64,000 nucleotides of DNA from Plasmodiophora brassicae (taxonomy: Eukaryota): the NCBI GenBank assembly GCA_036867785.1, contig CP145418.1:1-64000 (forward strand), written 5' to 3'. How positions within the stretch are numbered: the first letter of the stretch is position 1; each line of letters starts with the position of its first letter. Below are positions 45,174 through 57,753 of this stretch, piece after piece. Position numbers and translations under genes: made by a program. A model generated the notes under the pieces. The model ran no database searches and was not told the origin of the DNA. It worked only from the letters and a program-made list of their open reading frames with translations.

Positions 45174-46730
45174 GTATTCCTCACCAGACAGGGATGGTCC
45201 GACGTAGAGGTAATCGAATTCGATAATCCGCATTGGGACGATCAGCCGACGGGTTCGACCCAAGCGGACGCGGAATGAGGGCGACATGTTTGGTGGGAAC
45301 AGTGGAAGACACTGGCGCACGAACGCCTCGGCGTCGCGCTTCATACCGCGCCAATAAAAACGGGCAGCTAGAGCCTGATAGGTGGTCCTCGACCTCCAGC
45401 TGCGCATTCTCATCGTCGCTCATTGCGGCTCGGCTGGACATCGTGCCATGGAGGCCACCTATCAGGCTCTAGGTAGCTGCCCGTTTCTATTGGCGCGGTA
45501 TGAAGCGCGACGCCGAGGCGTTCGTGCGCCAGTGTCTTCACTGTCTTCCCACCAAACATGTCCCGCGTCCGCTTGGGTCGAATCCGTCGGCTGATTGTCC
45601 CAATGCGGTTATCGAATTCGATTATCTCTACATCGGACCATCCCTGTCTGGTGACGAATACGTCCTTGTTACGCGGGACAAGATGATCAGTGGTTATGCC
45701 GACTTGTTTGCGACCACTACGCCAACTTCTCGGCACGCCGCCGACTCTCTGTTCGACTGGTTCACCCGTCTTGGTGTTGTCCACCTCTGGAGCAGTGATC
45801 GCGGTTCCTATTTCCTGAATCAGGTGATGGACGAACTTCGCCTGCTTATTGTTCATGGACCCACGCTGGTGTTGAGACCGCTAACCGTCACCTTCTCGCT
45901 ATCCTTCGCTCGTGGTGTTCAGAATTCCGGGTCCATTTCAAGGAATGGGCCACCTTCCTCCGGCTCCTACGCTACGCCCTGAACAACGGCATCAGTCCCG
46001 ATCCCCAGCTCGCCCCCATCGAGATCATGACGGGCCTTGCCCCGAGTTCTCCGCTCGACTCTATATATCTGGTCCCCGTTTCGCCAGGGGTATCTGGACA
46101 TTCCGGTTGACACTCAAGCCATGATCGATTCTGTACGAACCCTACGCGATTCGTTGCGCGACATGCACTCTGCCGTGACGGCTCAACGGGCGACCAACCA
46201 CGAACGTGCGGACGCTCATCGGGGGGCTCCTTCGCTCCACGTCATCGTTGGTGATTACTACCTGTACGCTGTCCCCACGCCGGGAGGGTCCTAACCTCAG
46301 TTTACTCTGGCGCGGGCCAGCCCGCGCTGTCGACACGCGCTCGGAGTACATCGCGCTCCCCCCTCCCCTAGAAAACCCTGTCGATGGCAGTGCCTTCGAC
46401 AAGGTTTTGTTCAACGCCTCCGGCCATATGCCGACACCGTTTTGAATGCCACCGAGGAGCTCGTCGACCAGATGGCCTTCCACGATATGGCATATGAGGT
46501 CGAGTCAGCCCTCGACATTCGCAAGGAAGCCCATCGCTGGCATCTGCTCAGGCATTGGCGCGGGTTCTCCGACGACTATGTCTCATGGGAGCCATACGCC
46601 TCCTTGCGGAAGGGCATTCCGCACGATTTACTGCATCTGTTCCGTACCTGCGCTCACCCGGACGCGGCTGCCCTGGGACATCGTCTCGCTCGCGAAACGG
46701 GCGAGTAGATGACATTAGACCAGCTCTTCG
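45174..46730 (+). mobile_element. Degenerate gypsy integrase/chromodomain remnant with an inverted duplication of its 5' part
   Basis: FYWRGMKRDAEAFVRQCLHC, IEFDYL, SDRGSYF, WRGFSDDYVSWEP with several frameshifts; ~45174-45390 is the reverse complement of ~45450-45661. Confidence 0.8.
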
Positions 46731-47008
46731 ATGAGAAGGGTAATGTGGCGGCCTCCTGAACACGGCCTTCTTGGTGTTGTACGTCGGCAACCTACCGCCT
46801 CTCCTGCCATCTGCACATCAATGGGGCACACTGGCCGGCCGCCTTGGATCGTCCACGGTCGCCCCTCCGCTACTGGTCTGCCGTGTCCCGCTCAGAAGCC
46901 TGCCTGCAGTGTGTCGTCGAGCGCGCTCCTCCACAGATATGAGAGAGAGAGAAAGAGAGATATCGATCCAGGTAGCCGTACGCCGCGTCGGTCGGCATCC
47001 CGAGCGGC

Positions 47009-48325
47009 ATGCCGCCGGACACGACGCCCGTCACGGCAGCAGGTGCACACCTGTCTAATTCGTCGTTGTCGTCAGCGCCGTCGGCCTTGTCGGCATCGGC
47101 CGGGCCATCGGCCCGCCTGCTCTGCCTGAATCGTGGGCGTCCCGGCAGTAAGGTCGCGGATCAGCAGGCCGCCCTGCGGGCGTGCGTCTCGGAACCTGCC
47201 CTGCGACGGGATCGGCCCGTGCCAGCGCCCTCCGACCGCCTGCTGGGTCGTCAGAAGATCGCCCCCGAAGAGCGCCCGGCGTCATTGCGCCCGCCCGCAC
47301 CGGTCGTCCCCGTACGACCACCTGATCCGCACATCAAGCCGCCTTCCGATCGTCTCCTGGGCAAGGCGCGCCTGGCGCCGGAGGACCGCCCGACGTCGCT
47401 GAAGGCGCCCGTCCCGATCGTTCCCGTACGTCGGGAGACGTCCGGCGACCGTCGCCAATGGAAACCGTCCGATCGGCTGCTGGGCCTGCAGAAGTTGCCG
47501 CCCGAGGACCGCCCGGCGTCGCTGCGCCCGCCGAGACCCATTGCCCCAGTGCCGGCGCCCGCACCCGATCCCGCGCCGCACGTCCGGCCGCCTTCCGACC
47601 GCCTGCTCGGCGCCAGGCGCGCCCTGCCCGACAAGGACCGCTCCGCCTGCCTGAAGCCGCATAAACCCGTCGTGCCCGTCCGACGCGGCGACGACAGTGC
47701 CGCTGCCAGGGTGCGGCCCCCATCTGATCGTCTCCTGGCGGCGGACAGGTGCCGCCCCGCACCGGCACCCGTCATGGGCGCCAAAGGCCCAGCTAGGCCG
47801 CCGTCCGAGCGCCTGCTTGGTGTCAAGAAGCTCAATGCGCGGGACCGCCCGGCATCATTTCAGGCGCCGGCACTCACGACACCGGTGCCTTCCCACGCGG
47901 GCGTAGGGGCGCATGCGCGTCCCCCATCTCAGCGCCTGCTTGGGGCTGCGGAAACAGACGAGGTCGACGTGGCGGCCCCGGCCGAGGTGAATGTTCCCCG
48001 AGAGAAGCCCCCGTCGGATCGCCTGCTGGGCGCTCATGTCAAGCTGCCTCCGGAGCAGCGCCCGGCGTCGTTGCGACCGCCGGTCCTGGTCAGGCCGGTA
48101 CCCTACACGCCGCCGTCCGCGAACGTGCCCGCACCCTCCGACCGATTGCTGCGCCTGCATCGTACCAGCACCGCCCAGGCAGATACGGCCGCGCCGGACG
48201 TGAATCCGCCCAGCGGCACGACAAAGCGGAACCCGTTCGCGTACCCGACCAGCATGCGACCCATCGTCGTCTACGTCAACATGACCGAGCTGTACAGGGA
48301 GACGCGAAGACAATACGTCTCATAA
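47009..48325 (+). CDS. Proline-rich repeat protein (PPSDRLLG..PEDRPASL repeats), 438 aa
   Basis: About 9 PSxRLL units; C-terminal RNPF..YVNMTELYRETR motif shared with the next gene. Confidence 0.8.
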   Translation: MPPDTTPVTAAGAHLSNSSLSSAPSALSASAGPSARLLCLNRGRPGSKVADQQAALRACVSEPALRRDRPVPAPSDRLLGRQKIAPEERPASLRPPAPVVPVRPPDPHIKPPSDRLLGKARLAPEDRPTSLKAPVPIVPVRRETSGDRRQWKPSDRLLGLQKLPPEDRPASLRPPRPIAPVPAPAPDPAPHVRPPSDRLLGARRALPDKDRSACLKPHKPVVPVRRGDDSAAARVRPPSDRLLAADRCRPAPAPVMGAKGPARPPSERLLGVKKLNARDRPASFQAPALTTPVPSHAGVGAHARPPSQRLLGAAETDEVDVAAPAEVNVPREKPPSDRLLGAHVKLPPEQRPASLRPPVLVRPVPYTPPSANVPAPSDRLLRLHRTSTAQADTAAPDVNPPSGTTKRNPFAYPTSMRPIVVYVNMTELYRETRRQYVS

Positions 48326-48535
48326 GGCGCGCCTATAATATTGATATACGTAACCGGGCGGGCGCAGTGCTGTGCCAACCAATGTCGGATGCGAACACCC
48401 CACGCTCATGTCGATATTCCTGGTCGTCCCCCTATGCAGGTACGGTGCGACGATCGGTGCAATCGGACCCTGGTGGTGGTGCGCTGCTGCCTATTCCGTA
48501 CGGGTTGGCCCCACCAACACACACGACGGCCTGCC

Positions 48536-51500
48536 ATGCCCGCATCCGTCCGGTCTCGGCCAGCAGCGTCGTCGTCCGCTGCTGCCAGGAGCACCCGTCC
48601 GCCCTCGGATCGTCTGCTTGGCAAGCAGACGGTCTCGGGTCCGGACCGTCCCGCGGCGCTCAACCAGCCAGCCCCTGACGTCGCACGCAGGCGGGATCGT
48701 ACGGCGACGGATCCGGTGCCCAAAGGCAAACCGCCATCGGATCGCCTCCTCGGGGCGCATACGCTCGCACCCGAGGATCGCCCCGCGTCTTTACGGGCGC
48801 ACGCACCCAAGAGACCGGCCGTCAAATTCCAGCCCAGTGCCCCGAAAGGGCCGCCGCCCTCGGAGCGCCTCCTCGGTGCCGCTGAGCTTGCACCAGAGGA
48901 ACGCCCGGCGTCGCTGCGCCCGCATGCGCCCGTCAAACCCGCGCCCTTCGTGCCAAAGACATCGAAGTTCGCTGCACCATCGCAACGTCTGCTGGGTGCC
49001 GTTGAGCTCGCCCCCGAAGAGAAGCCGGCGTCGCTGCGCCCGCACGCGCACGCCAAGCCCGCGCCGTTCGTGCCAAAGACATCGAAATTCGCTGCGCCAT
49101 CAAATCGTCTGCTGGGTGCCGTTGAGCTCGCCCCCGAAGAGAAACCGGCTTCGCTGCGTCCGCACTCGCCGGCTAAACCCGCGCCCTTCGTGCCAAAGAC
49201 ATCGAAATTCGCTGCGCCATCAAATCGTCTGCTGGGTGCCGTTGAGCTCGCCCCCGAAGAGAAGCCGGCGTCTTTGCGCCCGCACGCCCCCGCCAAGCCC
49301 GCGCCATTCGTGCCAAAGACATCGAAATTCGCTGCGCCATCAAATCGTCTGCTGGGTGCCGTTGAGCTCGCCCCCGAAGAGAAACCGGCTTCGCTGCGTC
49401 CGCACTCGCCGGCTAAACCCGCGCCCTTTGTGCCCAAGACATCGAAATTCGCTGCGCCATCAAATCGTCTGCTGGGTGCCGCTGAGCTCGCCCCCGAAGA
49501 GAAGCCGGCGTCGTTGCGCCCGCACTCGCCGGCTAAACCCGCGCCCTTCGTGCCAAAGACATCGAGATTCGCTGCCCCATCGCAACGTCTGCTGGGTGCC
49601 AACGAGCTCGCCCCCGAAGAGAAGCCGGCATCGCTGCGCCCGCATTCGCCCGCCAAGCCCGCGCCCTTCGTGCCCAAGACATCGAATTTCGCTGCGCCAT
49701 CAAAGCGACTGCTGGGCGCCACAGTCCTCGCCCCCGAAGAGAAGCCGACGTCGCTGCGTCCGCACTCGCCCGCTAAGCCGGCGCCCTTCGTGCCCAAGAC
49801 ATCCAAGTTCGCTGCGCCATCAAACCGTCTGCTGGGTGCCGTTGAGCTCGCCCCCGAAGAAAAGCCTGCCTCGCTACGCCCGCATTCGCCCGCCAAGCCC
49901 GCGCCGTTCGTGCCGAGCACGGCCAAGTTCGCTCCGCCCTCGGAACGCCTGCTGGGTGGCCGACAGCTATCGCCCGAGGATCGCCCCGCCTCGCTGCAGC
50001 GTGCCCACTCGCCACGTCGCGTACAGTTCGTGCCGAACGTTCCCCAGGGGCCGCCGCCGTCCGACCGCCTGCTCGGGCGTACACGCACCGTCGTCGACCG
50101 GCCGGCTGACCGACCAGCAAGCTCGCAGCGCGCCCGCTCGCCTGCTAGGCCAGCGCCAAACACGGCCGCCACGCCCAGGCTTGCATCGGCCCGAGTTCAG
50201 GGCTCCGGCTCACGTGCCGGTGCACACGCACCCGACGGCATCAACGGCGCCAGGGTGTCGCGTGCCAGCAACCGGCCCGTGTCGGCACGCCGGCATCCAG
50301 ACAGTGCGGGTCCAGGTGAGGGGCGTCGCCGGCCGGGCAGCGCTAGCGCCAGGCCGGCGACGGCGTCGGGTCGTCGGAACCCGTTCCAGAGCGCCGTCGC
50401 CTGGCGATCCAGCACGCCCTCCTACCTGAACATGACCGAGGTGTACCGACAGACACGTGCAGAGCATGCCAACGACGACGACGACAGCGACGACGGCGAC
50501 GACGACGAATGTGATGGCGGATGTGCGGGCGAGCATCGGCGGCGCCGTCAAGGACGCGCCCCGACGCCGATGCACGCCGACTTCCTGCGCCGGGCCGAGC
50601 GCCTGCATGCCCAGACGCCGACGATGGACGCGAATGCGGCGTACGCCCGCCTGTGCAACCGGCTGATGGCCGGCGTCAAGGGTGAAACCGCCAAGGCGGC
50701 CAAAGCGTTCGCCAAGTTCGACCTGTCCCGGTGCGGGCAGATCGACTATGAGTTGTTCCGCAGCGCCATCGGCCTGACCGGCCTGGCCGACATCACTGAG
50801 GACCATGTAGGACGGTCGACGTTGGTGTGCCGTGCCATGCCAGGCGAGTCGCTGACGACGCGAGCAGATGCTGGCCATGTTCCGACGCCTGGACCGATCC
50901 GGGCGCGGGTACATCACCATGGCCGACTTCCAGTCCGGCATCGTCGAGCAGGTCGGCGCGATGCACTTCTCGAACGGGGCCGACAGGCCGCAATTCCAAA
51001 CGGTGGCACCCGCGGCGCGCTTGGGGCCAGGGGGGTCGCCGATCTGCTGATCTCTGCTGTCCAACGCAGATTGCACCGGCGGTCCCATCCAGCGACCTGC
51101 GCGCCGTCCTGCAAGAGCGCATCCGCCAGCGCCGGTCCAGCAGCCACGCCCTGGCCGACACGTTCCGGATGTTCGCCCCGAACCGCGACGGCATCGTCAC
51201 GCTCGACCGATTCCGACAAGGTGCCGTCGTTCGGTTGCATCGCGACCCGGGGGCGCAGCTGACCCGTCCGTTGGGGGGCGCGTACAGGCCTGACGGCGCT
51301 GGGCGTCAGCACCCATCCGGACAGCAGTGCGGCCCTGTTCGAGCAGGTGCGCGAGCCGGGCCGCCCCGGGTTCACCTTCGATCGCTTCTGCGCCCACATC
51401 CTGCAGGAGCCCGTCCTGGACGCTCACGCCCAGGTACGGGCGGCGCTCCCGAGGACCCATCGGCAGCGAGTGACGTCGTTTGCAACGCGGGCCAGGCCGG

Positions 51501-54144
51501 GTTCGTGTCGACGCTGGACCCGTACGTGCCACGGGACGCCCGCGTCGTCATCCAGGACTTCTCCGGGCGCCAGAAATCCCTCGACGCCATCTGCGACCTG
51601 CTGCGCGACAAGATCACACAAAAGTCGACGACGTCGTTCGGCCTGCGACACGCCTTCCAGTACTATGCCGCCGGTACGTGCCTTCGCCGGCAGCACCCAG
51701 CGGCGCGCGTGCCGACACCGTGTGTGCCTGCCCCGCGTCAGATGCCACGCACACGATCGATTTCGACAATTTCGTGAAGGTGCTCGGCAACCTGGGCCTG
51801 AACCTGGGCGACAATGTCAGTGTGGATATGCTCATTCGGCAGCGTCCGGTTTCGTTCGCCGTTGTCGCTGACGAGGGCGCTCCCTGCGGGCACAGGACGC
51901 CAGGACGCTGTTCAACCAGTTCGCGTCGGGCCGGGACCGCATCGACTACGATGAGTTCCTGCGGTCGTTGCTGCACAGCGACGGGCAGTCGCCGGCGTCG
52001 ACGAACAACATCGTCGACCAGATGGGGAGCAGCGTGCACCGGCAGCCGGTGCGGCGCGCACGGGCACGCAGCGCCCCGCTGTACAGAAACCAGTACCAGG
52101 GCAGCGCGACTCCCCCGATCCAGGTCATCGCCTACGCCATTGGTATGGCGGGACGCTGGCGGTCGCTCTGCTGCCGCTGCTGCTGACCGTACGGTGCGTT
52201 GCCGGCCAGGGTGCCGCCCTCGTGGCCTGTACAACCACCTGCGCGCCTTCAAGGCCTTCAAACGGAACTCGGCGAACGAGATCACCAGGGCCGACTTCAC
52301 CTACCGTCTCAGGCACCAGCTCGCGCTGACCAAGGCCATCCTGTCGACGGCCGACATCAACGACGTGTTCGACACGCTCGACGCCGATGGGAACGGTGCG
52401 CGCCGAGACATCGACCGCCATCCGACGGCAACCGTTCGATCTGAACGCCTCGGTGCCCGGCAGGCGCCCTGAGTCACAACGAGTTCCAGGCGCTGATGAA
52501 CCTGAACGAGCACAACGAACTGTCGCTGCCCCTGAAATCGGAGAAACCCGACCTGAAGGCCCCCGTTGTGCCACGGCCGTTCTCCCGCGGCGAGCTCGAG
52601 ACGCAGCAGATCCTCATCGACAAGGTCAAACAGAAATGCATCGGGTACGGCCTGGGTCGCCCGAACCGTCCCCGTCGCAGGCTAAGCGGGTCGTCTGCGC
52701 GCCGACAGTCTCAACCAGCTGAAGCGGTCGATCGGGCTGGATTGCGCGACAAGGTCCATCCAGGAGATCGACTTTGAACAGTTCGTCCAGCTGTGCAACA
52801 AGCTCGACATGGGCGTATCCAGACAGGTCCAACGCGCGCTGTTTGCTTTGCCGACGATCGTCGTGCACCGGGGCCTGACCCGCGGTACTGACTCTCTCTC
52901 TCTCTCTCTCGCAGAGCATGCTGCGTCTGTTCAACAAGTTCAAATCGGACCCGGCCAGCAACGCCATCGACTACGACCGGTTCATGAACACCCTCGCCAA
53001 GGAAGGATTCGATCCGACCGTAGGGGAGCACCATATTCTCGTCCGGCGCCCTGGATTGGCTAACGGCGCGCCCCCTTGGCACGACACAGGCGGGCCTGGC
53101 GGGACAGTTCGCCGAGCGCGAGCTTCGCGTCGCCCGGCAACCCAATGTACGAGCGACTCGCCGGGCTATATATGTGCTGTGTACGCGAGACCAATGTTGT
53201 TCTGATGCGACGACCCTGTGCCCGCAGTTGGACATCTCGTCGTCGGCCGTCGACGTCGACTACATCATTCGGGACAAGCTGACGAGTCGGGCGCACGGGC
53301 GCCCCCGCCTGCTGCGCGCCTTCCGCGTCTTTGACACGGACGGCAGCGGCCAGCTCGAGTTCGATGAGTTCGCCATGGGGTGTCGCCGCCTCGGCATCCA
53401 GCTCAACGAACAGGTGCGTCCGCTGTCGTTGTGGCCATCGCGTCGCCGTTCGGCAGTACGCTGACGGCCGGCCGGCTGGCGTCGTCCAGGACCTGCTGAA
53501 GGTGTTCCAGTCGTACGCGGCGCCGGGTACCGCCGCCATCGACTATCACAAGTTCGTCGAGCGCGTCCTCCAGGAGCAGACCTGCGAGGTACGCCTGCGT
53601 TGATTATATCGATGCGCCCGGATGTCGTAGGGCGGGGCCAGCACTGACGACCCTTCCGCCGACAGGGCCTTGCTCTGGAGTGCTACCGAACCAATGCCTC
53701 CATACGTCGCCTGCAACAGATCCGGTATGGGCGCCGCCGGACGCGCCCCTGCGGCTCGCATGGCATTGACCGGCGGGCGATGAACGCTGTGTCCGCACAG
53801 GCAGGCGCACGACGACGAACGACGGCGGCAGCGTGCGCTGTCGGCCAAGGACCTGGAAGTCGGGTTCGACAAGCAGCGCCTGGCGCAGGCCCTGTCGGCA
53901 CGGGCGCCAGCACCACCAGACCGGCCGCCATCGCGCATCACCTTCCCCGAGTTCGCCGAGCGCCTGCGCCAAACGGACCACTTCCTGTCGGGCCAGGTCC
54001 GGTCATCCCGCGCGCTCGCCTGCCCACGATCTGACCAGCGGTCGCACCCGCCAGGAATCGCGGGTCCTGTTCGAGGCGCACAAAGACCAACAGACCGGGC
54101 GCGTCGAGTACGAACGATTCCTGCAGCGCATGGTCAATACATGA
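48536..54144 (+). CDS. Repeat protein paralogue continuing into a multi-exon, multi-EF-hand region
   Basis: Open frame 48536-50806, then many short introns; EF-hand loops DLSRCGQIDYE, DRSGRGYITMAD, DADGNG, DTDGSGQLEFDE. Whether this is one gene or two is uncertain. Confidence 0.7.
48850..50000 (+). repeat. 120-bp (40-aa) coding tandem repeat, about 9 copies
   Basis: Equivalent positions at 48961, 49081, 49201 ... 49921. Confidence 0.95.
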
Positions 54145-54362
54145 TGGACACGGGGGTTGGGTAGCGCCTAGCAAGTCCCCAGGATCGATGATTGTGTGCA
54201 GGTGGGTTGGCGCCATCCGTTGTCTGGGGTGGCTTCCTCCGCAGAGGGGTGACGTGACGCTGTGCGCAGTCGGCGCTGCGCAGTGTCGGACGAGGCGAGA
54301 CGCGGCGGGCGACCCCCTCCCCCAGACGCGCGCGCTCGACAGTACCCTTGTTGGATACACCA

Positions 54363-55338
54363 ATGGACGTTGTCGTCGTCGCCCATGCGGCCACCGGCAA
54401 CGGGGACGGTGCCGCCCAGGGGCAGCAGGGCGACCACATGTCGATCGTGACGCTGCCGCATCCAGCATCAGGTGCGGCATGTGCGCGTGGGAGCGCGGCG
54501 CCCAGGACTGACCACCGTCATCATCGACGATCCAGGGCAGGCGGCCGTGTTCCTCAGCTCGGGCGTGGACCTGTTCGAGGTCAACGCCGTCGACCAGACG
54601 CCGTCGTCCTGGATCCTGCAGGACGATGTCGTGTCGTGCCGCCCGACGCTGCTGATGGCGACCCGCATCGACCCGCTGCTGATCGCCCTGCCCCTCCTGC
54701 AACGGGGTCGCCAACATGTAGGCGCGTGCACCCCGCCGGCCACACGCCCGCCCAGCTGACCTTGTACGTCCAGTCCCGGTCGCTGTTCGTGCCCGCCGAC
54801 CAGATCGTGTCGGACGACGACGCCGGGTCGCTGTGTGCGTTGCAATCGCACGCCCACTGCGACCTGTCGGTGCTGTGCGACTCGGGCCCGCAGGGCACCC
54901 TGCGCCTCCACGACGACAAGGTCGCCGCATGGCTGGCCCGCAAGGTCGACCGCCTGCGCCCCAGCCTGCCGTCGCTGGTCGACGCCGTCGGCCTCGTCTG
55001 CGACTACGTCGACGCGTTCTGGCACGACGCCGTCCTCAAACGGTACGACCTGCCCGTCGACACACTGCTGCGTCATGGGCGACCTGCCGCGCCGGCGTCG
55101 TCGTCCGCCGACCCCGTCACCGTGTCGGGCGACGTCGACACGTCGAAGCCGACGGCGGGCACCCGAAGCAAGGTACCCGGCATCCACGATTACCACGGCA
55201 GGCTCTGACTCGTGCGTTGGCCAGGTGGCGGGGAAACCCGCCAAGTCGATCGGGAAGAGGAGCCGGGCCGCGCAGAACCTCGCCAAGGTCGACACGTCGT
55301 CGATGCGGTCGCTGCGGTCGTACTTTGGCAGCCGGTGA
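54363..55338 (+). CDS. RNASEH2B: Ribonuclease H2 subunit B, multi-exon
   Basis: IVTLPHPAS; ATRIDPLLIALPLL; DKVAAWLARKVDRL; C-terminal PIP-like AKVDTSSMRSLRSYF. Confidence 0.82.
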
Positions 55339-55671
55339 TGACGCGCGCGCGCCCGTCACTGTCCATGTGCAATATACGTGCCTGCCTGCGCTCTCGAACG
55401 TTCTGGATCGTGACGTGTCGGGTCCCCAACGTCGCCCTATTCCCTGGTCCCCCATTAGGAGGCGCGCAGGTTGTCGGCAGGCGCTCCCCCCGCTCACACA
55501 CACACACACATGTTGCGTCACTCGCTGAGAACACGTATCGGGGGGCGTCGGACGCAGTGTGAGTCACGACCGCGCTGATCATGGGCCCCGGTGTCGGTGC
55601 TGATCGTTGGGCTGCGTCTGCTCGTCCAGGGGCCATACCTATATCTCGTTAGGCGCCTATTATTCGTCGTC

Positions 55672-56421
55672 ATGGCTGACGACAACAACAGCGACGATGA
55701 TCGGGAGCGCCGGTACCGGATGGCGATGCCGCGCCGCTCGTCGTACCAGGCCATCTCCGGGGACGACTTTCGGTCCATCCAGGACGAGAGCGCGGCGGCG
55801 GCCGGTGCGCCTCGTGGCGCGCTGATGCGTCAGGCGATGGAACTGGCCGGCCACGGCGACATGGGCGCCCTGGAGGCGCTGCTCCAGGCGAACCCGTCGT
55901 TCGACGTCGACGGCGGCAATCGGCGCGGGTGGCGCCTGATCCATATCGCGGCCGAGGCCGGCCACCTGCACCTGGTCCAGTTCCTGATCCAGGCGGGGGC
56001 CAACGCCGACCTGAAGGACGCGCGCGGCTGGTCCGCCCTGATGCTGGCGGCGTCGCGCGACCATTGCACGGTGGTACGCGCCCTGCTCCTCCATGGCGTC
56101 ACCGGGAGCGCCCACATGGCCATACGCGTGGCCGCCGCCAACGGCGCCCTGCACAGCCTGCACGCCCTGCTGGCCAGCGATGCAGGGCGCAGCGACGGGC
56201 GTCGGGCCTGCCTGTCCCGGCTCTGCCCGGTGCGACTCGCCGCCCAGCGCCAGCGCAGCGCCGCCCTGCAGGTCCTGATCATGGCCGGGTACCCGTACGA
56301 TTGCCTTCGGCCTGGCGCCCGGCGCGACCCTGCCCTGTCGGCCACGATCGAGCATGCGCGACGCGCCCGCCACGTCCTGCAACATGTACGTGCCCATGCG
56401 CCATCGTCGTTGTGTCGCTGA
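55672..56421 (+). CDS. Ankyrin-repeat protein
   Basis: GWRLIHIAAEAGHLHLVQFLIQAGANADLKDARGWSALMLAA. Confidence 0.88.
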   Translation: MADDNNSDDDRERRYRMAMPRRSSYQAISGDDFRSIQDESAAAAGAPRGALMRQAMELAGHGDMGALEALLQANPSFDVDGGNRRGWRLIHIAAEAGHLHLVQFLIQAGANADLKDARGWSALMLAASRDHCTVVRALLLHGVTGSAHMAIRVAAANGALHSLHALLASDAGRSDGRRACLSRLCPVRLAAQRQRSAALQVLIMAGYPYDCLRPGARRDPALSATIEHARRARHVLQHVRAHAPSSLCR

Positions 56422-56501
56422 CCCGCTGTTGTTGTTGTTGTTGCTCATGTCAGGGCGTCTCCGGGATCGTCGTGTCGGCGCTGAGCGACGAGCAGGGCGC
56501 C

Positions 56502-57575
56502 ATGAAGGTCCACGTCGAGCTCGGGTGGCCGCAGGTCGTCGTGCGCCGGTGCCGCGGCCGTACGATGCTGATGCGGAAGCGTCGTCGGCCGGTGCTGGCC
56601 AGGTACGGGTACGACGAGTGCCTGCGGGTCATGTCGCACGACGCCCTGGTCATCAGCCAGCTGACCGTCAAGATCGACGTCGACAGCCGCATCCGGGGCG
56701 ACCATATCGCCACCGCCCTGCAGTACAGGCAGGCGTCCCTGAGCGAATCCTGGGCCATTGTCACCGAGGCGCGCTCGCTGACGCAGACGCTCAAGAACCG
56801 CCTGGGCGACCTGGTCGCTGCGCGCCGACGCAACCAACGCGACATTGTCGAGATCGTCGCCGATGTCAGCGACGGGGACCTGGTCGCCACCGAGACCCTG
56901 CTGGCGCAGCTGCAACCCCTGGTCCAGGAGCGCCTGGTGATGCGCGACGAGATCACCGCCCTGTTCCATCGGACGGAGAACGCGCGACGCTTGGCCGACA
57001 GCGTCGTCGCCGTCCTGGAGCTGACCCGGCGGCTTGCCCACGTGGAGCAGCAGCGGCCGTACGGGCCAAAGGAGCCCGACCGCAGCAATGGTGAGGTGGT
57101 CATCGGCAAGCAGGGTCGCATCCAGCGCGAGTTGCACGCCGTCTACCAGGCGCGGTTGCAGCTGGAATCCATATCGGGCACGCTCGGCAAGCTCGTCGGC
57201 AAGTTCGCCAATCCGATCGACCTGCAGATCCCGCTTGACACGACGATCGCGCCGAACGACGCTGGCGGGCGGCGACCGGCGGTGCCAGCACCACCGGCTC
57301 TGAGCGCGGGCAACGCCCGTGCACGCTCCGACGACGTCGTTTCCAGTACCGCCAAGCAATTCCAACCTGGGGCCTGCATCCGATGCGGTCAGAAGCGCGC
57401 CTCCGTTGCGCTCTCGTCGTGTCGCCATGTCGGCCTCTGCCGCGCCTGTGGCCACGACCGCCAGTCGCGATCGCGAACCCGCTGCACGCTGTGCCACAGC
57501 CAGGTCGACGACATCCTCCTGAGCGCCATTGCAGACAAACGGCCTCCCACACCCACCCAGCCACTACCTGCCTAA
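56502..57575 (+). CDS. Coiled-coil protein with C-terminal C3HC4-type RING finger
   Basis: CIRC..SCRHVGLCRAC..CTLCHSQV; start codon uncertain. Confidence 0.72.
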   Translation: MKVHVELGWPQVVVRRCRGRTMLMRKRRRPVLARYGYDECLRVMSHDALVISQLTVKIDVDSRIRGDHIATALQYRQASLSESWAIVTEARSLTQTLKNRLGDLVAARRRNQRDIVEIVADVSDGDLVATETLLAQLQPLVQERLVMRDEITALFHRTENARRLADSVVAVLELTRRLAHVEQQRPYGPKEPDRSNGEVVIGKQGRIQRELHAVYQARLQLESISGTLGKLVGKFANPIDLQIPLDTTIAPNDAGGRRPAVPAPPALSAGNARARSDDVVSSTAKQFQPGACIRCGQKRASVALSSCRHVGLCRACGHDRQSRSRTRCTLCHSQVDDILLSAIADKRPPTPTQPLPA

Positions 57576-57753
57576 CAAGTAATCCTGCATTAAAGTAGTA
57601 CTATTTAATTGACAACCTGGTGCGGTGTGCACAGCGCACACTGCGACTAGTGATGATCTGCAACCGCCACAGTACCACGCGATCGATCAATCTATTCAAT
57701 ACTGCATACTACAGTCGACCGCATTGCCAGTAATATCTCGAGGCGGTGTTCGC

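Noticed and set aside
48372-50429. Long alternative-frame and antisense ORFs (685 aa plus, 588 aa minus)
   Set aside because: Shadows of a GC-rich 120-bp coding repeat; only the PSxRLL frame is conserved with the neighbouring paralogue.
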